From positions 1,195 to 25,194 of the forward strand of contig MGQA01000002.1 in the NCBI GenBank assembly GCA_001797665.1: DNA of 24,000 nucleotides, read 5' to 3'. Shown here piece after piece: positions 14,086-22,838 of this stretch. This DNA comes from Deltaproteobacteria bacterium GWF2_42_12. Its GTDB lineage: Bacteria > Desulfobacterota > GWC2-55-46 > UBA9637. The notes below the pieces were generated by a model that saw only the letters and a list, made by a program, of their open reading frames with translations, did not search any database and was not told where the DNA came from. The translations under genes and the position numbers were made by a program. Positions within the stretch are counted from its first letter, which is position 1; each line of letters opens with the position of its first letter.

Positions 14086-16329
14086 CTATTCAGCACTGTT
14101 TGCTTTTGTCAGCTTGGTGGCAGAGACAGTTCTTGTTTTTCCATCACTACCAACAACTGCTTCTATCGTAGGAGATGTTCCGAGTTTTTTTATTCTATAG
14201 ATTGCGTCTTCACCTTCAACTGTAACCATATCTCTTCGTTTTAAGGTAAATGAAACTCTCCCATTAGGCTGCGGTGGTGGTTCTATGAAGTGTTTTGACA
14301 GTCTCGGATTCTTTCGCTCATATGCTTTTTTCTTACCTTTTTCATCAAGATAAACATCCACGCCAACATTATGGACATTCGTCTTAAAAACATTATTATT
14401 GATTCTTATCATCTGCCCTGGCCCGGTTCCTTTAATGCTGCATTTAAGGCTCATAACCAATTCATTCTTCTTAATGCAAAAACCTGCTTCCTTTGCCTCC
14501 TTGTCTGTTAAACATTTTCCTTTTTTCGTATCAAATCGTTTAAAAGCCTCTTTTAGTTTTTCACGATATGTCTCGGAAATAACATCGTCTTCTTTACCGC
14601 ACTCAATCTCTGTAACCATAAATCTTCTGGTAATAATGCCCTTCTTATAAGACAGTGGGTTTCTATCATGCAATGCAGAGCCCTTGCTGCCTTTATCCCT
14701 TTTAAATTCTATCGGTTCAGGAAGGTGTTTTTCAGAGTCAAACCCTCCACCTTTATTATATTTTGGCTTAAGGGTCATATCCACCAATCCATCATCACTA
14801 TACCCTTTCCTTGAAGCAAGGATTACAGCATCAAGGGCATGATGAAGGGTGTTGCCTCTTTCCTTTTTAAATCCCCACCACCTCCTGAAATATGCAGTGT
14901 ATATGCCGCTCTGCCTCTCTATGGGCAACTTTTTATTGCCGGCAGACTCTCTTAGTCTGTCCCTCATATATCTCCAGCCGATAGAGGCATGGGACATGTA
15001 TTTATTAAAATCTACTGTATTGATATTTCGTGCGTCCTCAAGAATCTTTTTCTTTAAATCATTCTTCATGAAGGCTATTATTTCGGGTTTAGGCGAGATT
15101 CCACTTTCTAACGGAGTTCTCCCTTTTTTATTCTCATTACATACAGCGCAACATGCTACTAAATTTGCAAAGATATTTAAGCCCCCGGCCTTTCGGGGAA
15201 ATATATGGTCATCATGCGCATTGGATATGTCAATAGATTTTCCACAGTAGATACATCTACCATCCGTTTCTCGAAGAAGGGCTTCCTTTCTGGTCTCTTT
15301 GCCTTCCCTGGGCCCTTTACCATATTCTTCTTTTGCCAATCGTTTTTTCCCCTGTGTTTTGGCTGCTATATCAAAATTGTTGCTCTCCATTACCACCTTA
15401 TTGACAGTAAATTTGGGCAATATCTCGTCTTTAATAACAGCAAGGACATTCTCTATTTTTGTTTTTAAGGATGGCGCAAGACGGAAAACCTTTCGTTCCT
15501 CTTTGCTATGCTCAGTATGTTCAAGGATATGTTCTTTGCAAAAGACCGTTCTACCCGAAAGCTTGTTATCCGCTATATCATAAACCTGCTTCCTAATATG
15601 TTCATCAGTCTTATGTTTTCTGAAAAATGATTTAACTTCTTCCCTCCTGTTTTTATCAAGCACAGCATCTTTGAGATTATCCTTTTCAGATTGTTCTATA
15701 GGGAAAAATCTGACTATATTTTCTATAAGCAAATCTCTCACATTCTTTCTGAGCGGCGTATTAACTCCGCAATCTTCTACCTTACATTTAGTTAAAATCC
15801 TATTATTGAATCTTTTAGGTCGGTACTGTTTATTAAAAATCCTTTCAACCCTTTTTATCTGCTCCTCGGTTGCTCTTCCTTCAATCATTGCTTTATGGAC
15901 ATCTTTTACGACTTCTTTCCTGTGCCTTGAATTTCTTTTTGTCTCTTCCCATTCCTGTTTCTCTTTTTCCCACTGTTTGCGCTCTTCCACATCCATTGCC
16001 TCTATTTCTTCGGAAGTCTTTTCTTCAGGCATATCAGCATAATCATATCCTCTTTTATGGGCAAGGCTGTAAACCGTTTCAAATGTTGCTGTGGATTCGT
16101 TATATCCAATACTTTTTAGATAGTTTTTTAATTCACGCAGCCGCTTTTTCTTGGTTTGAGCGGTTCTTCTGATACCTCTTTGCTTTCTGCGATCTTTGAG
16201 AATACCAGCGACATCGTCCCGCATCTTCAGTCTGTTTGCATATAATACCTGATTATGCCTTCGGTCAACAACTGCAAGACCGGTATATTTGCCGCCGTAA
16301 TCAATGCCTAAAACAAGTTCTCTTTCCAT
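14086..16329 (-). CDS. cas9: Compact Cas9-like RuvC/HNH effector nuclease, 747 aa
   Basis: Ruv[18 protein letters not shown] (D10); Arg-rich bridge helix [26 protein letters not shown] (aa 45-70); Ruv[12 protein letters not shown] (E315). HNH CIYCG...[13 protein letters not shown]...[18 protein letters not shown] (D374/H375, N398). Ruv[17 protein letters not shown] (H497, D500). It sits next to the array, the anti-repeat and cas1/cas2/cas4. Confidence 0.9.
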   Translation of the reverse strand: MERELVLGIDYGGKYTGLAVVDRRHNQVLYANRLKMRDDVAGILKDRRKQRGIRRTAQTKKKRLRELKNYLKSIGYNESTATFETVYSLAHKRGYDYADMPEEKTSEEIEAMDVEERKQWEKEKQEWEETKRNSRHRKEVVKDVHKAMIEGRATEEQIKRVERIFNKQYRPKRFNNRILTKCKVEDCGVNTPLRKNVRDLLIENIVRFFPIEQSEKDNLKDAVLDKNRREEVKSFFRKHKTDEHIRKQVYDIADNKLSGRTVFCKEHILEHTEHSKEERKVFRLAPSLKTKIENVLAVIKDEILPKFTVNKVVMESNNFDIAAKTQGKKRLAKEEYGKGPREGKETRKEALLRETDGRCIYCGKSIDISNAHDDHIFPRKAGGLNIFANLVACCAVCNENKKGRTPLESGISPKPEIIAFMKNDLKKKILEDARNINTVDFNKYMSHASIGWRYMRDRLRESAGNKKLPIERQSGIYTAYFRRWWGFKKERGNTLHHALDAVILASRKGYSDDGLVDMTLKPKYNKGGGFDSEKHLPEPIEFKRDKGSKGSALHDRNPLSYKKGIITRRFMVTEIECGKEDDVISETYREKLKEAFKRFDTKKGKCLTDKEAKEAGFCIKKNELVMSLKCSIKGTGPGQMIRINNNVFKTNVHNVGVDVYLDEKGKKKAYERKNPRLSKHFIEPPPQPNGRVSFTLKRRDMVTVEGEDAIYRIKKLGTSPTIEAVVGSDGKTRTVSATKLTKANSAE

Positions 16330-16344
16330 TTTTATTTACCTTTG

Positions 16345-16374
16345 ATTATGACGATGGGGATCACCATATCTCAA
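16345..16374 (-). promoter_or_regulatory. Possible sigma70-type promoter for cas9
   Basis: On the minus strand, TTGAGA - 18 nt - CATAAT ends 15 nt upstream of the cas9 ATG. This rests on a motif match only. Confidence 0.25.
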
Positions 16375-16416
16375 AAACCTTCTGTCCTTCCTTTTACCAC
16401 TAAAAACAAGCCTATT

Positions 16417-16977
16417 CTACTGATTTATGGTTTTTAATATGTCCTCAAAGGTTTTCAGAAAATCCTTATTGCCAATTGATGCGTCAAACTCCTTTAACCA
16501 ACCCTGTATATATCTAATGTCAATATCAGGATTTTTTAAGAGGATTGTCCTTGCATCCTCTAAATCCCTCGGCCGTCCTGCAAATATTTTGTGTATTATG
16601 ACATCTTCTACAGAGGCAAAGCATACTTCCTGATTGAGAATATTTATACTCTTTGCCCTCTTTATCGCCTCTGTTTCATAAGGCGTAAATGAGAATATAA
16701 AGTCAACCCGTATGCCTGTAGTTTCATCCAGCGCCGGCAAGACCATAGTCTGCTTGACGAATGATTCTATGTCTTCTGGTATGGGCTTGAGTGGTATTTT
16801 TTGAAGGATTGCAAGAAGTTGATTAAGGTGATTTGTATCAACGCCGAGGGTTATATCAATATCTCTTGTGAGCCGCGGTTCTCCATACAGCAATACAGCC
16901 TGTCCGCCTATAATCATGTAGGGAATATTGCACTTAACAAGCGCTGCGCCTATCCTTGCGAGGATTTCTTCAAACAT
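16417..16977 (-). CDS. Minimal nucleotidyltransferase-fold protein (AbiEii/DUF6036-like, toxin-like)
   Basis: The N-terminal IIGGQAVLLYGEPRLTRDIDI pattern (GG-x-A...R-x-T-x-D-x-D) is typical of pol-beta superfamily minimal NTases. A small overlapping ORF precedes it. Confidence 0.55.
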   Translation of the reverse strand: MFEEILARIGAALVKCNIPYMIIGGQAVLLYGEPRLTRDIDITLGVDTNHLNQLLAILQKIPLKPIPEDIESFVKQTMVLPALDETTGIRVDFIFSFTPYETEAIKRAKSINILNQEVCFASVEDVIIHKIFAGRPRDLEDARTILLKNPDIDIRYIQGWLKEFDASIGNKDFLKTFEDILKTINQ

Positions 16978-17171
16978 GAATTGAGCACCTGTGCTATCTT
17001 TATATCAACTTCTATTCCTTCTAATGGTTTCTTGGGAGGCAATATTCCGAGTTTTATCCCTTCATTCCAGAGAGATTCAAATATGCGCATAGAGTAACTA
17101 AAAGAAAGCCTTCCCTCTTTTTTCATGATTGTGTCTTCAAATTTTTTTAATAGTTGGGTATCTTTTATCAT
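16950..17171 (-). CDS. Small hypothetical protein (73 aa), possible partner/antitoxin of the downstream NTase
   Basis: The ORF overlaps the NTase start by 28 nt in a TA-like two-gene layout. No recognisable motif. Confidence 0.4.
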   Translation of the reverse strand: MIKDTQLLKKFEDTIMKKEGRLSFSYSMRIFESLWNEGIKLGILPPKKPLEGIEVDIKIAQVLNSCLKKSSQG

Positions 17172-17185
17172 AATCCAATTACCTT

Positions 17186-17692
17186 TCAGCTAAGCAAGTT
17201 ATCACAGCCATCATTTGACTGCAATGCCTTTTCCTCAAACACCCTCCACCCTTCCTTCTTCCATCTGAAATAATCTTCCAATATCTTCTTATGGTCAAAG
17301 GCCAGAGGCTTAGGCAGATTGTCTTCTGTGAAAACGCCGATTCCTTTTGCGTCATCTCTGGCTTGCGGTGTTCCATCTGCCTCTGCAACAAATACTGTGG
17401 AAATTGTATGAAATCGGGGATCCCTCGTAGGGTTTGAATAAGAATGTAACTGGCATTTTAGTCTCACCTTCAAGGCTGTCTCTTCATGAGCTTCTCGTAT
17501 AGCCGCATCTTCCAAGGTTTCTCCATAATCCACAAAACCGCCTGGAATTGCCCAGCCAAACGGGGGATTTTTCCTCTCTATAAGGACAATCCCCCAATCC
17601 CCCCTTCCCCCCTTTGAAAAAGGGGGGTGAGGGGGGATTTTTAATTCAATTATTATATCAACTGTTGGAATAGGATTTCTAATCTTTTCCAC
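17186..17692 (-). CDS. Nudix hydrolase
   Basis: Nudix box [24 protein letters not shown] (GX5EX7REUXEEXGU). Confidence 0.85.
   Translation of the reverse strand: MEKIRNPIPTVDIIIELKIPPHPPFSKGGRGDWGIVLIERKNPPFGWAIPGGFVDYGETLEDAAIREAHEETALKVRLKCQLHSYSNPTRDPRFHTISTVFVAEADGTPQARDDAKGIGVFTEDNLPKPLAFDHKKILEDYFRWKKEGWRVFEEKALQSNDGCDNLLS
17588..17639. repeat. G/C-tract palindrome embedded in frame in the Nudix gene
   Basis: AATCCCCC AATCCCCCC TT CCCCCC TTTGAAAAA GGGGGG TGA GGGGGG ATT. It encodes ...[15 protein letters not shown]..., between the conserved VDIII and [10 protein letters not shown] segments. Confidence 0.7.
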
Positions 17693-17818
17693 AGACTCCG
17701 TATATCACAGTAGTATTTTATTGTCCAGAGCTTGAAACATACCCAAAAATAGACATTGATTTTACCGAACATAATTTATGACTTGAGAATATTGACGTAT
17801 TATGTTATCAAAGTTGGC

Positions 17819-19129
17819 ATGAAAGTTTTGAAGATAGTCATCAGTATAATTTTTCTCTCTCCCGTATTGCTCGAAGCAAGCGCCTACCTTCCAATATTTA
17901 AAGCAGACTTCTGGATTGGAAGGCTTGATAATCCTGATGAGGTAATACTTTCTTCAGAGAAAATTGCAGAATTAAACGCTTTGATTCTTGGCGAAAACAA
18001 TGAAATGGCAGATGTAATAAAAATGGGAACATCGGTATCAAAAGAAGAGCTTGAAAAATGGCTGCTTGAAGACCCTCTCCCAGTAGATAAAAATATGTTT
18101 GATAAGAAGGGAAAACCTGTAAAAGACGCCTTTTATGAAGAACTATTAGACAATATGAATTTTGAGGCTATAAATGAATCGAATGAACTTACATTTGGGA
18201 TTGTAACTAAAAGGACGGATATAAGGTCATTCCCTACTGATGAACCTGTGTTTAAAGGCCCTTCTGCCAAAGATTTTGATGCATTTCAGTATTCCGCCAT
18301 ATATCCTCCTCAGGTGGTGGCGCTCCTGCACAAGAGTAGGGATGGACAGTGGGGTTTCTTTCAGACAAACATTGTACGTGGCTGGATAAAACTCAATATC
18401 ATTGCTTTTGTAAATAGCAAAGACGATTTAATAATAGATGCTGAAAAATTCGTTTTAATAACAGGAAACCGAGTGGCAGTTTTTGCAGACAATAAGGGTG
18501 CAAAGGTTCTTGAGTCCATTCCCATGGGTCGTTCCTTTGCGCTTAGCGGTGAAGATAAAAGACATTGGATTATTAAATTTCCAAAAAAAATGGGCAATGG
18601 TCAGCTTCAATGGGCAGATGCATTTATTAAGAAAGGCAGCGATGTGAATATTGGCTATCTTCCCTATACCAAGAAAAATGTGATAAAACAGGCATTTAAA
18701 ATCCTTGGCGAGAAATACAGCTGGGGAGGTAGAAACGGTTTGAGGGACTGTTCAAGCTTTATCAAGGATGTGTTTGCGACGATGGGCATAAACCTTCCCA
18801 GGCATTCTGGCAAACAATCTAATGTCGGGACGCTGTTAGCAGGTTTTGATGAAATGCCGGCAAACGGAGATATTGATAACGCAATAAGTTCCGCAATCCC
18901 AGGCATTACCTTATTAGCCCTCAACGGTCATATCATGCTCTATCTCGGCAACGTAGATGGAAACTACTATGCGCTCCATCAGCTTTTTGGCTATTATGAT
19001 AAAGATGGTTTCAGAACTGTAAATAAAGCTGTTGTTACAAACCTCGAGCTTGGCAAAGATTCAAAAATGGGGGCGCTGAAAGATAGAATAAAGAGTATAA
19101 ATTTAATTGTTTTAGATAGGATAAATTAA
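17819..19129 (+). CDS. Secreted NlpC/P60 (C40) peptidoglycan hydrolase with SH3-like N-terminal region
   Basis: YSWGGRNGLRDCSSF (catalytic Cys) and GHIMLYLG (His). Signal peptide MKVLKIVISIIFLSPVLLEASA from the ATG at 17819. Confidence 0.8.
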   Translation: MKVLKIVISIIFLSPVLLEASAYLPIFKADFWIGRLDNPDEVILSSEKIAELNALILGENNEMADVIKMGTSVSKEELEKWLLEDPLPVDKNMFDKKGKPVKDAFYEELLDNMNFEAINESNELTFGIVTKRTDIRSFPTDEPVFKGPSAKDFDAFQYSAIYPPQVVALLHKSRDGQWGFFQTNIVRGWIKLNIIAFVNSKDDLIIDAEKFVLITGNRVAVFADNKGAKVLESIPMGRSFALSGEDKRHWIIKFPKKMGNGQLQWADAFIKKGSDVNIGYLPYTKKNVIKQAFKILGEKYSWGGRNGLRDCSSFIKDVFATMGINLPRHSGKQSNVGTLLAGFDEMPANGDIDNAISSAIPGITLLALNGHIMLYLGNVDGNYYALHQLFGYYDKDGFRTVNKAVVTNLELGKDSKMGALKDRIKSINLIVLDRIN

Positions 19130-19175
19130 ATTCTATAAAAAACCAATGACTGCTTAAAAAGAGAAAGTTAAAACT

Positions 19176-20426
19176 GTGGCAATCCATAATTTAAACCTAT
19201 TATTGTTATTGACCCTTAGAACCTACCCCTTCTATCTTGTTTTGTGTTTACTCGTTTCCCCGGCCATTCATGGTTATGCGGCTGAACCTGCCAAGCTAAA
19301 GAAGGAGATTGTAAAAAAGGAAAAACAACTGGAATCCCTCAAAAGGGAGATTGTAGAAAAAAAGAGAAGTTTAGAGTATAATGTAAAAAAAGAATATGCT
19401 ATTCTTGAAGGACTTGAAAGGCTTGACAAGGCCTTATCTAAAAAGGAGGAGGAATTAGAAAAGATAGAAAACAGCCTTGTTGTCATAAAGCAAAAAAACT
19501 CTGATGTGGATATCCGAATAAAAGAGTTGATTCAGGAGAGAATAAGGTTGATGGAACTTCTAAAACAAAGGCTTGTTGCAATGTACAAGATGAATAGGGC
19601 GGGCATAACCCAGAGCATTTTTGCCCCAAATTTTGCCAATGAGTTTAGTAGAAGATATAAATATGTAAACAAGGTTATAGATCATGATACAACCCTGTTA
19701 AAAGATTACAATGAGAATCAACTGCTCTTAGAAGCAGAGAAAATACGGCTCAAAGAGTTTCAGGAGGAGATAGGCTCTTTAAAAGATGCAGTTGAAAAGA
19801 AAAAGGAAGAAATAAAAGAAGAAAAAGACAAGAAAAAGGTCCTTTTAAATGATATAAAAAAGAAAAAGGAAATACAGATTGCCGCAATTGAGGAAATGGA
19901 AAGCGCAGGCAGAGAGCTTCAACTATTCATAGATAGGTTGAAGAATGAGACGGTTAATAATCCTTTGGATAATGAGACGAACGGTTTTGCGTCTATGCGC
20001 GGTCATTTGCCAATGCCTGTAGCTGGCAAAGTCATTTCAATGTATGGAAAGGTAGAGCATCCCAAATTTCACACTGTTACCTTTAATAACGGCATCGAGG
20101 TTGAGGCTGCGATGGGGGCTGAGGTTAAGTCCGTATATAAAGGCCACGTTGTATATTCTGGATGGTTCAGGGGCTATGGAAAGGTTTTGATTATAGATCA
20201 CGGCAATGGGTATCATACACTCTTTGGCCGTTTGTCAAAAATCCTCGCAGAGGTTAATTCTACCGTGGAAAGAGACGATATAATCGCACTTGTAGGAGAT
20301 ACAGGTTCAATAAAAGGACCTCATCTGTATTTTGAGATACGACAGAAGGGTGTACCATTAGACCCGGTAAATTGGTTGACATATGATAAGACAGAGAGCG
20401 TCAGGCTTAAGGCAGAAGGCAATTAG
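19176..20426 (+). CDS. EnvC-like coiled-coil M23/LytM-domain murein hydrolase activator
   Basis: A long K/E-rich coiled coil is followed by an M23 domain (GDTGSIKGPHLYFEIR). GTG start at 19176. Confidence 0.8.
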   Translation: MAIHNLNLLLLLTLRTYPFYLVLCLLVSPAIHGYAAEPAKLKKEIVKKEKQLESLKREIVEKKRSLEYNVKKEYAILEGLERLDKALSKKEEELEKIENSLVVIKQKNSDVDIRIKELIQERIRLMELLKQRLVAMYKMNRAGITQSIFAPNFANEFSRRYKYVNKVIDHDTTLLKDYNENQLLLEAEKIRLKEFQEEIGSLKDAVEKKKEEIKEEKDKKKVLLNDIKKKKEIQIAAIEEMESAGRELQLFIDRLKNETVNNPLDNETNGFASMRGHLPMPVAGKVISMYGKVEHPKFHTVTFNNGIEVEAAMGAEVKSVYKGHVVYSGWFRGYGKVLIIDHGNGYHTLFGRLSKILAEVNSTVERDDIIALVGDTGSIKGPHLYFEIRQKGVPLDPVNWLTYDKTESVRLKAEGN

Positions 20427-20502
20427 GTAGCGCTACCTCCTTTAACCCTTTCGCATATCGCATCAAGTCTTTATCTTAAATAAACTCAGGAGGAATACAT
20501 TT

Positions 20503-21807
20503 ATGTTCAAGAGGTTAAAAGGGCGTAAGCTCATGACGCTGTTGGGAATAGCTCTAATAACGAGCGTTCTTCTATGGGGGATTAATCACAGGGTTTCCGC
20601 TGTGCCTCCAAAGATATATGAGAATCTAAAAATATTTACCGACGTGATCTCTATCGTAGAGGATAACTATGCAGAAGATGTTGACCCCAAAAACCTCATT
20701 TATGGCGCAATAAAAGGCATGCTTCTCGGGCTCGACCCGCATTCGTCTTTTATGGCTCCAGATGAGTATAAAGAAATGCAGGTTGAAACCAAAGGCGCCT
20801 TTGGTGGTATTGGCATAGAGATGGGAATAAGGGATGGCATAATTACTGTCATTGCGCCCATAGAAGATACGCCAGCATTCAGGGCTGGGATAAAGGCTGG
20901 AGATAAAATAGTAAAAATAGGTGATAAGCCGACAAAGGATATGACCATAAACGATGCTGTAAAGCTAATGCGAGGCCAAAAAGGAACAAAGGTTACTATC
21001 TGGATAATGCGGGAGGACTTTAAAGAACCACAGGAATTTACACTTGTAAGGGATATCATAGCTATTAAGAGTGTAAAATATAAAACGTTAGAAGAAGGGT
21101 TTGGTTATGTCCGAATCGCACATTTCCAGGAAAAGACTACTAATGAACTTGAAGAGGCGCTAAATAAGCTTGGCTCAAGGGACAGCAAGTTAAAAGGTCT
21201 CATCCTTGACTTAAGGAATAATCCTGGTGGACTTTTGCAGCAGGCTGTAGGAGTAGCTGACACGTTTTTGGAATCAGGTTTAATCGTATATACCAAGGGC
21301 AGAAGCCCAGGCCAGGATATGAAGTTTGAGGCACGGGCAGATGGAACGCACCCCCAATATACGATTATAGTCCTGGTAAATGGTGGAAGCGCAAGCGCAT
21401 CAGAAATTGTTGCAGGCGCGCTCCAGGACCATAAAAGGGCGGTTGTGCTTGGAACCCAGACATTTGGCAAGGGTTCTGTTCAAACTATCATTCCTTTAGG
21501 CGATGGTTCAGCGGTTAGACTTACAACCTCTAAATATTATACGCCTTTAGGAAGATCTATACAGGCAAAAGGCATAGAACCCGATATTGTGGTTGGAGAA
21601 ACAATAAAAGAACATATTAAAGAAAAGGAACTAGAAAGACACCTTGAAGCCGAAGAGGTTGAATCTCCTAAAGAAAAAAAGATAAAGATAGAGGAAAAGG
21701 TAGTAAAAGAAAAGGAAGAGACAGAAGCGGACATGCAGCTCAAAAGGGCATTGGATTATCTGAAGAGTTGGTATATATTTAAAGAGACAATAAAGAAGGA
21801 ATCATAA
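20503..21807 (+). CDS. S41 carboxy-terminal processing protease (PDZ domain)
   Basis: GGIGIEM...AGIKAGDKIVKI (PDZ), LDLRNNPGG, GGSASASEIVAGALQD and TFGKGSVQ motifs. Confidence 0.9.
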   Translation: MFKRLKGRKLMTLLGIALITSVLLWGINHRVSAVPPKIYENLKIFTDVISIVEDNYAEDVDPKNLIYGAIKGMLLGLDPHSSFMAPDEYKEMQVETKGAFGGIGIEMGIRDGIITVIAPIEDTPAFRAGIKAGDKIVKIGDKPTKDMTINDAVKLMRGQKGTKVTIWIMREDFKEPQEFTLVRDIIAIKSVKYKTLEEGFGYVRIAHFQEKTTNELEEALNKLGSRDSKLKGLILDLRNNPGGLLQQAVGVADTFLESGLIVYTKGRSPGQDMKFEARADGTHPQYTIIVLVNGGSASASEIVAGALQDHKRAVVLGTQTFGKGSVQTIIPLGDGSAVRLTTSKYYTPLGRSIQAKGIEPDIVVGETIKEHIKEKELERHLEAEEVESPKEKKIKIEEKVVKEKEETEADMQLKRALDYLKSWYIFKETIKKES

Positions 21808-21848
21808 GAGTGGCTCATCTAAGAGGGATTAGCTATATAGGTTAAAAA

Positions 21849-22739
21849 ATGGCTAAAAATAACTGGAGCAAAAAAGGGTCTTTCTCATCAAAGACCCTTT
21901 TTGTTTTGGGAATTGCAACGGTATTTTTTATCATTGCTATATTAGGGTTTATTCTATACCTCAGCTACAGTACAAAAGAAAAACCTCCAGAACCTATTTC
22001 AACATCTACAGTTGTAGCAAAGATAGAGAAACCTCAACCTCCTGTTCCCCAAAAGCCGCATATACCACTGGCTAAGGTAGCAATAATTATAGACGATCTT
22101 GGCCGCGACAGGGCACAGCTTAAAGAGATATTAGAAATAGATGCCCCCATTGCTATCGCTGTATTGCCATTTTTGCCGAATTCAGAGAACGCTGCAAAGG
22201 AGGCTTATTTAAACGGGCGAGAGGTGTTGCTGCATCTCCCCATGGAGCCAAAAGATTTAAGCAACAACGATCCAGGGGAAGGGGCAATACTTACAACCAT
22301 GTCTGAAAAACAGGTTGCTTCACAGGTTAAAAAGGATATTGACGCAATCCCGCATATTATTGGAATAAACAATCATATGGGCTCGAAATTTACAGAGAAT
22401 GAAAGACTTATGAAGATAGTATTGGAAATCGCAAAAGAAAAAAATCTATTCTTTCTGGATAGCAAAACCACGAATAAATCAACTGCCTATAGATTAGCAA
22501 AAGAGCTCGGACTTAAAACATTGAGCAGGCAGGTATTTTTAGATAACAAAGAGGATATAGATTACATAAAGGGACAGATAAGAGAATTGATAGAAGTTGC
22601 AAAAAAGAGAGGCTCTGCCATTGCTATAGGCCATCCACACCATACCACCATTTTAGCTATAAAAGAGATGGTACCAATGCTCAAGAGGGAAGTTGAGATA
22701 GTTGCCCTTTCCACATTAATTGACAGTGTGGATGAATAA
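21849..22739 (+). CDS. Divergent polysaccharide deacetylase family protein (YibQ-like)
   Basis: N-terminal TM, VAIIIDDLG, HLPMEP and NNHMGSKFT motifs. The envC-ctp-yibQ gene order is conserved. Confidence 0.8.
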   Translation: MAKNNWSKKGSFSSKTLFVLGIATVFFIIAILGFILYLSYSTKEKPPEPISTSTVVAKIEKPQPPVPQKPHIPLAKVAIIIDDLGRDRAQLKEILEIDAPIAIAVLPFLPNSENAAKEAYLNGREVLLHLPMEPKDLSNNDPGEGAILTTMSEKQVASQVKKDIDAIPHIIGINNHMGSKFTENERLMKIVLEIAKEKNLFFLDSKTTNKSTAYRLAKELGLKTLSRQVFLDNKEDIDYIKGQIRELIEVAKKRGSAIAIGHPHHTTILAIKEMVPMLKREVEIVALSTLIDSVDE

Positions 22740-22749
22740 TGGTAAAAAA

Positions 22750-22818
22750 CAGTAAGCAGTAAGCGGTAGGCAGTAGGCAGGTTTCTTTCTGCTTACTCCT
22801 TACTGCATACTGCCTACT
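22750..22818. repeat. Heptamer-periodic hairpin (CAGTAAG-type arms)
   Basis: CAGTAAG CAGTAAG CGGTAGG CAGTAGG CAGG, loop TTTCTTT, then CTGCTTA CTCCTTA CTGCATA CTGCCTA CT. The stem is about 28 bp with few mismatches. Confidence 0.8.
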
Positions 22819-22838
22819 TGAAATTCAGGAGGATTTTG

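Noticed and set aside
14399-16172. Several 83-133-aa plus-strand ORFs antisense to cas9
   Set aside because: They are low-complexity, Leu/Ser/Phe-rich translations of the complement of a Lys/Glu-rich gene. They have no RBS and no motifs, which is typical of shadow ORFs.
14086-16329. Alternative reading of the 747-aa protein as an IscB/OMEGA-type transposon nuclease
   Set aside because: RuvC-I starts at residue 5 with no PLMP-like N-domain, and the protein is much larger than typical IscB. It sits beside a bona fide CRISPR array, an anti-repeat and cas1/cas2/cas4, and no transposon ends are evident.
10918-16329. Classification as ordinary type II-B because cas4 is present
   Set aside because: Known II-B effectors are about twice this length, and this gene order (cas9, tracr, array, cas1, cas2, cas4) differs. 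I cannot settle this without a phylogeny, so it is reported as a distinct compact variant.
22818-22838. TTG start at 22818 for the PfkB kinase
   Set aside because: It lies in the stem of the heptamer hairpin. A strong CAGGAGG-ATG start exists at 22839, and the conserved N-terminus begins MGILVVGS.
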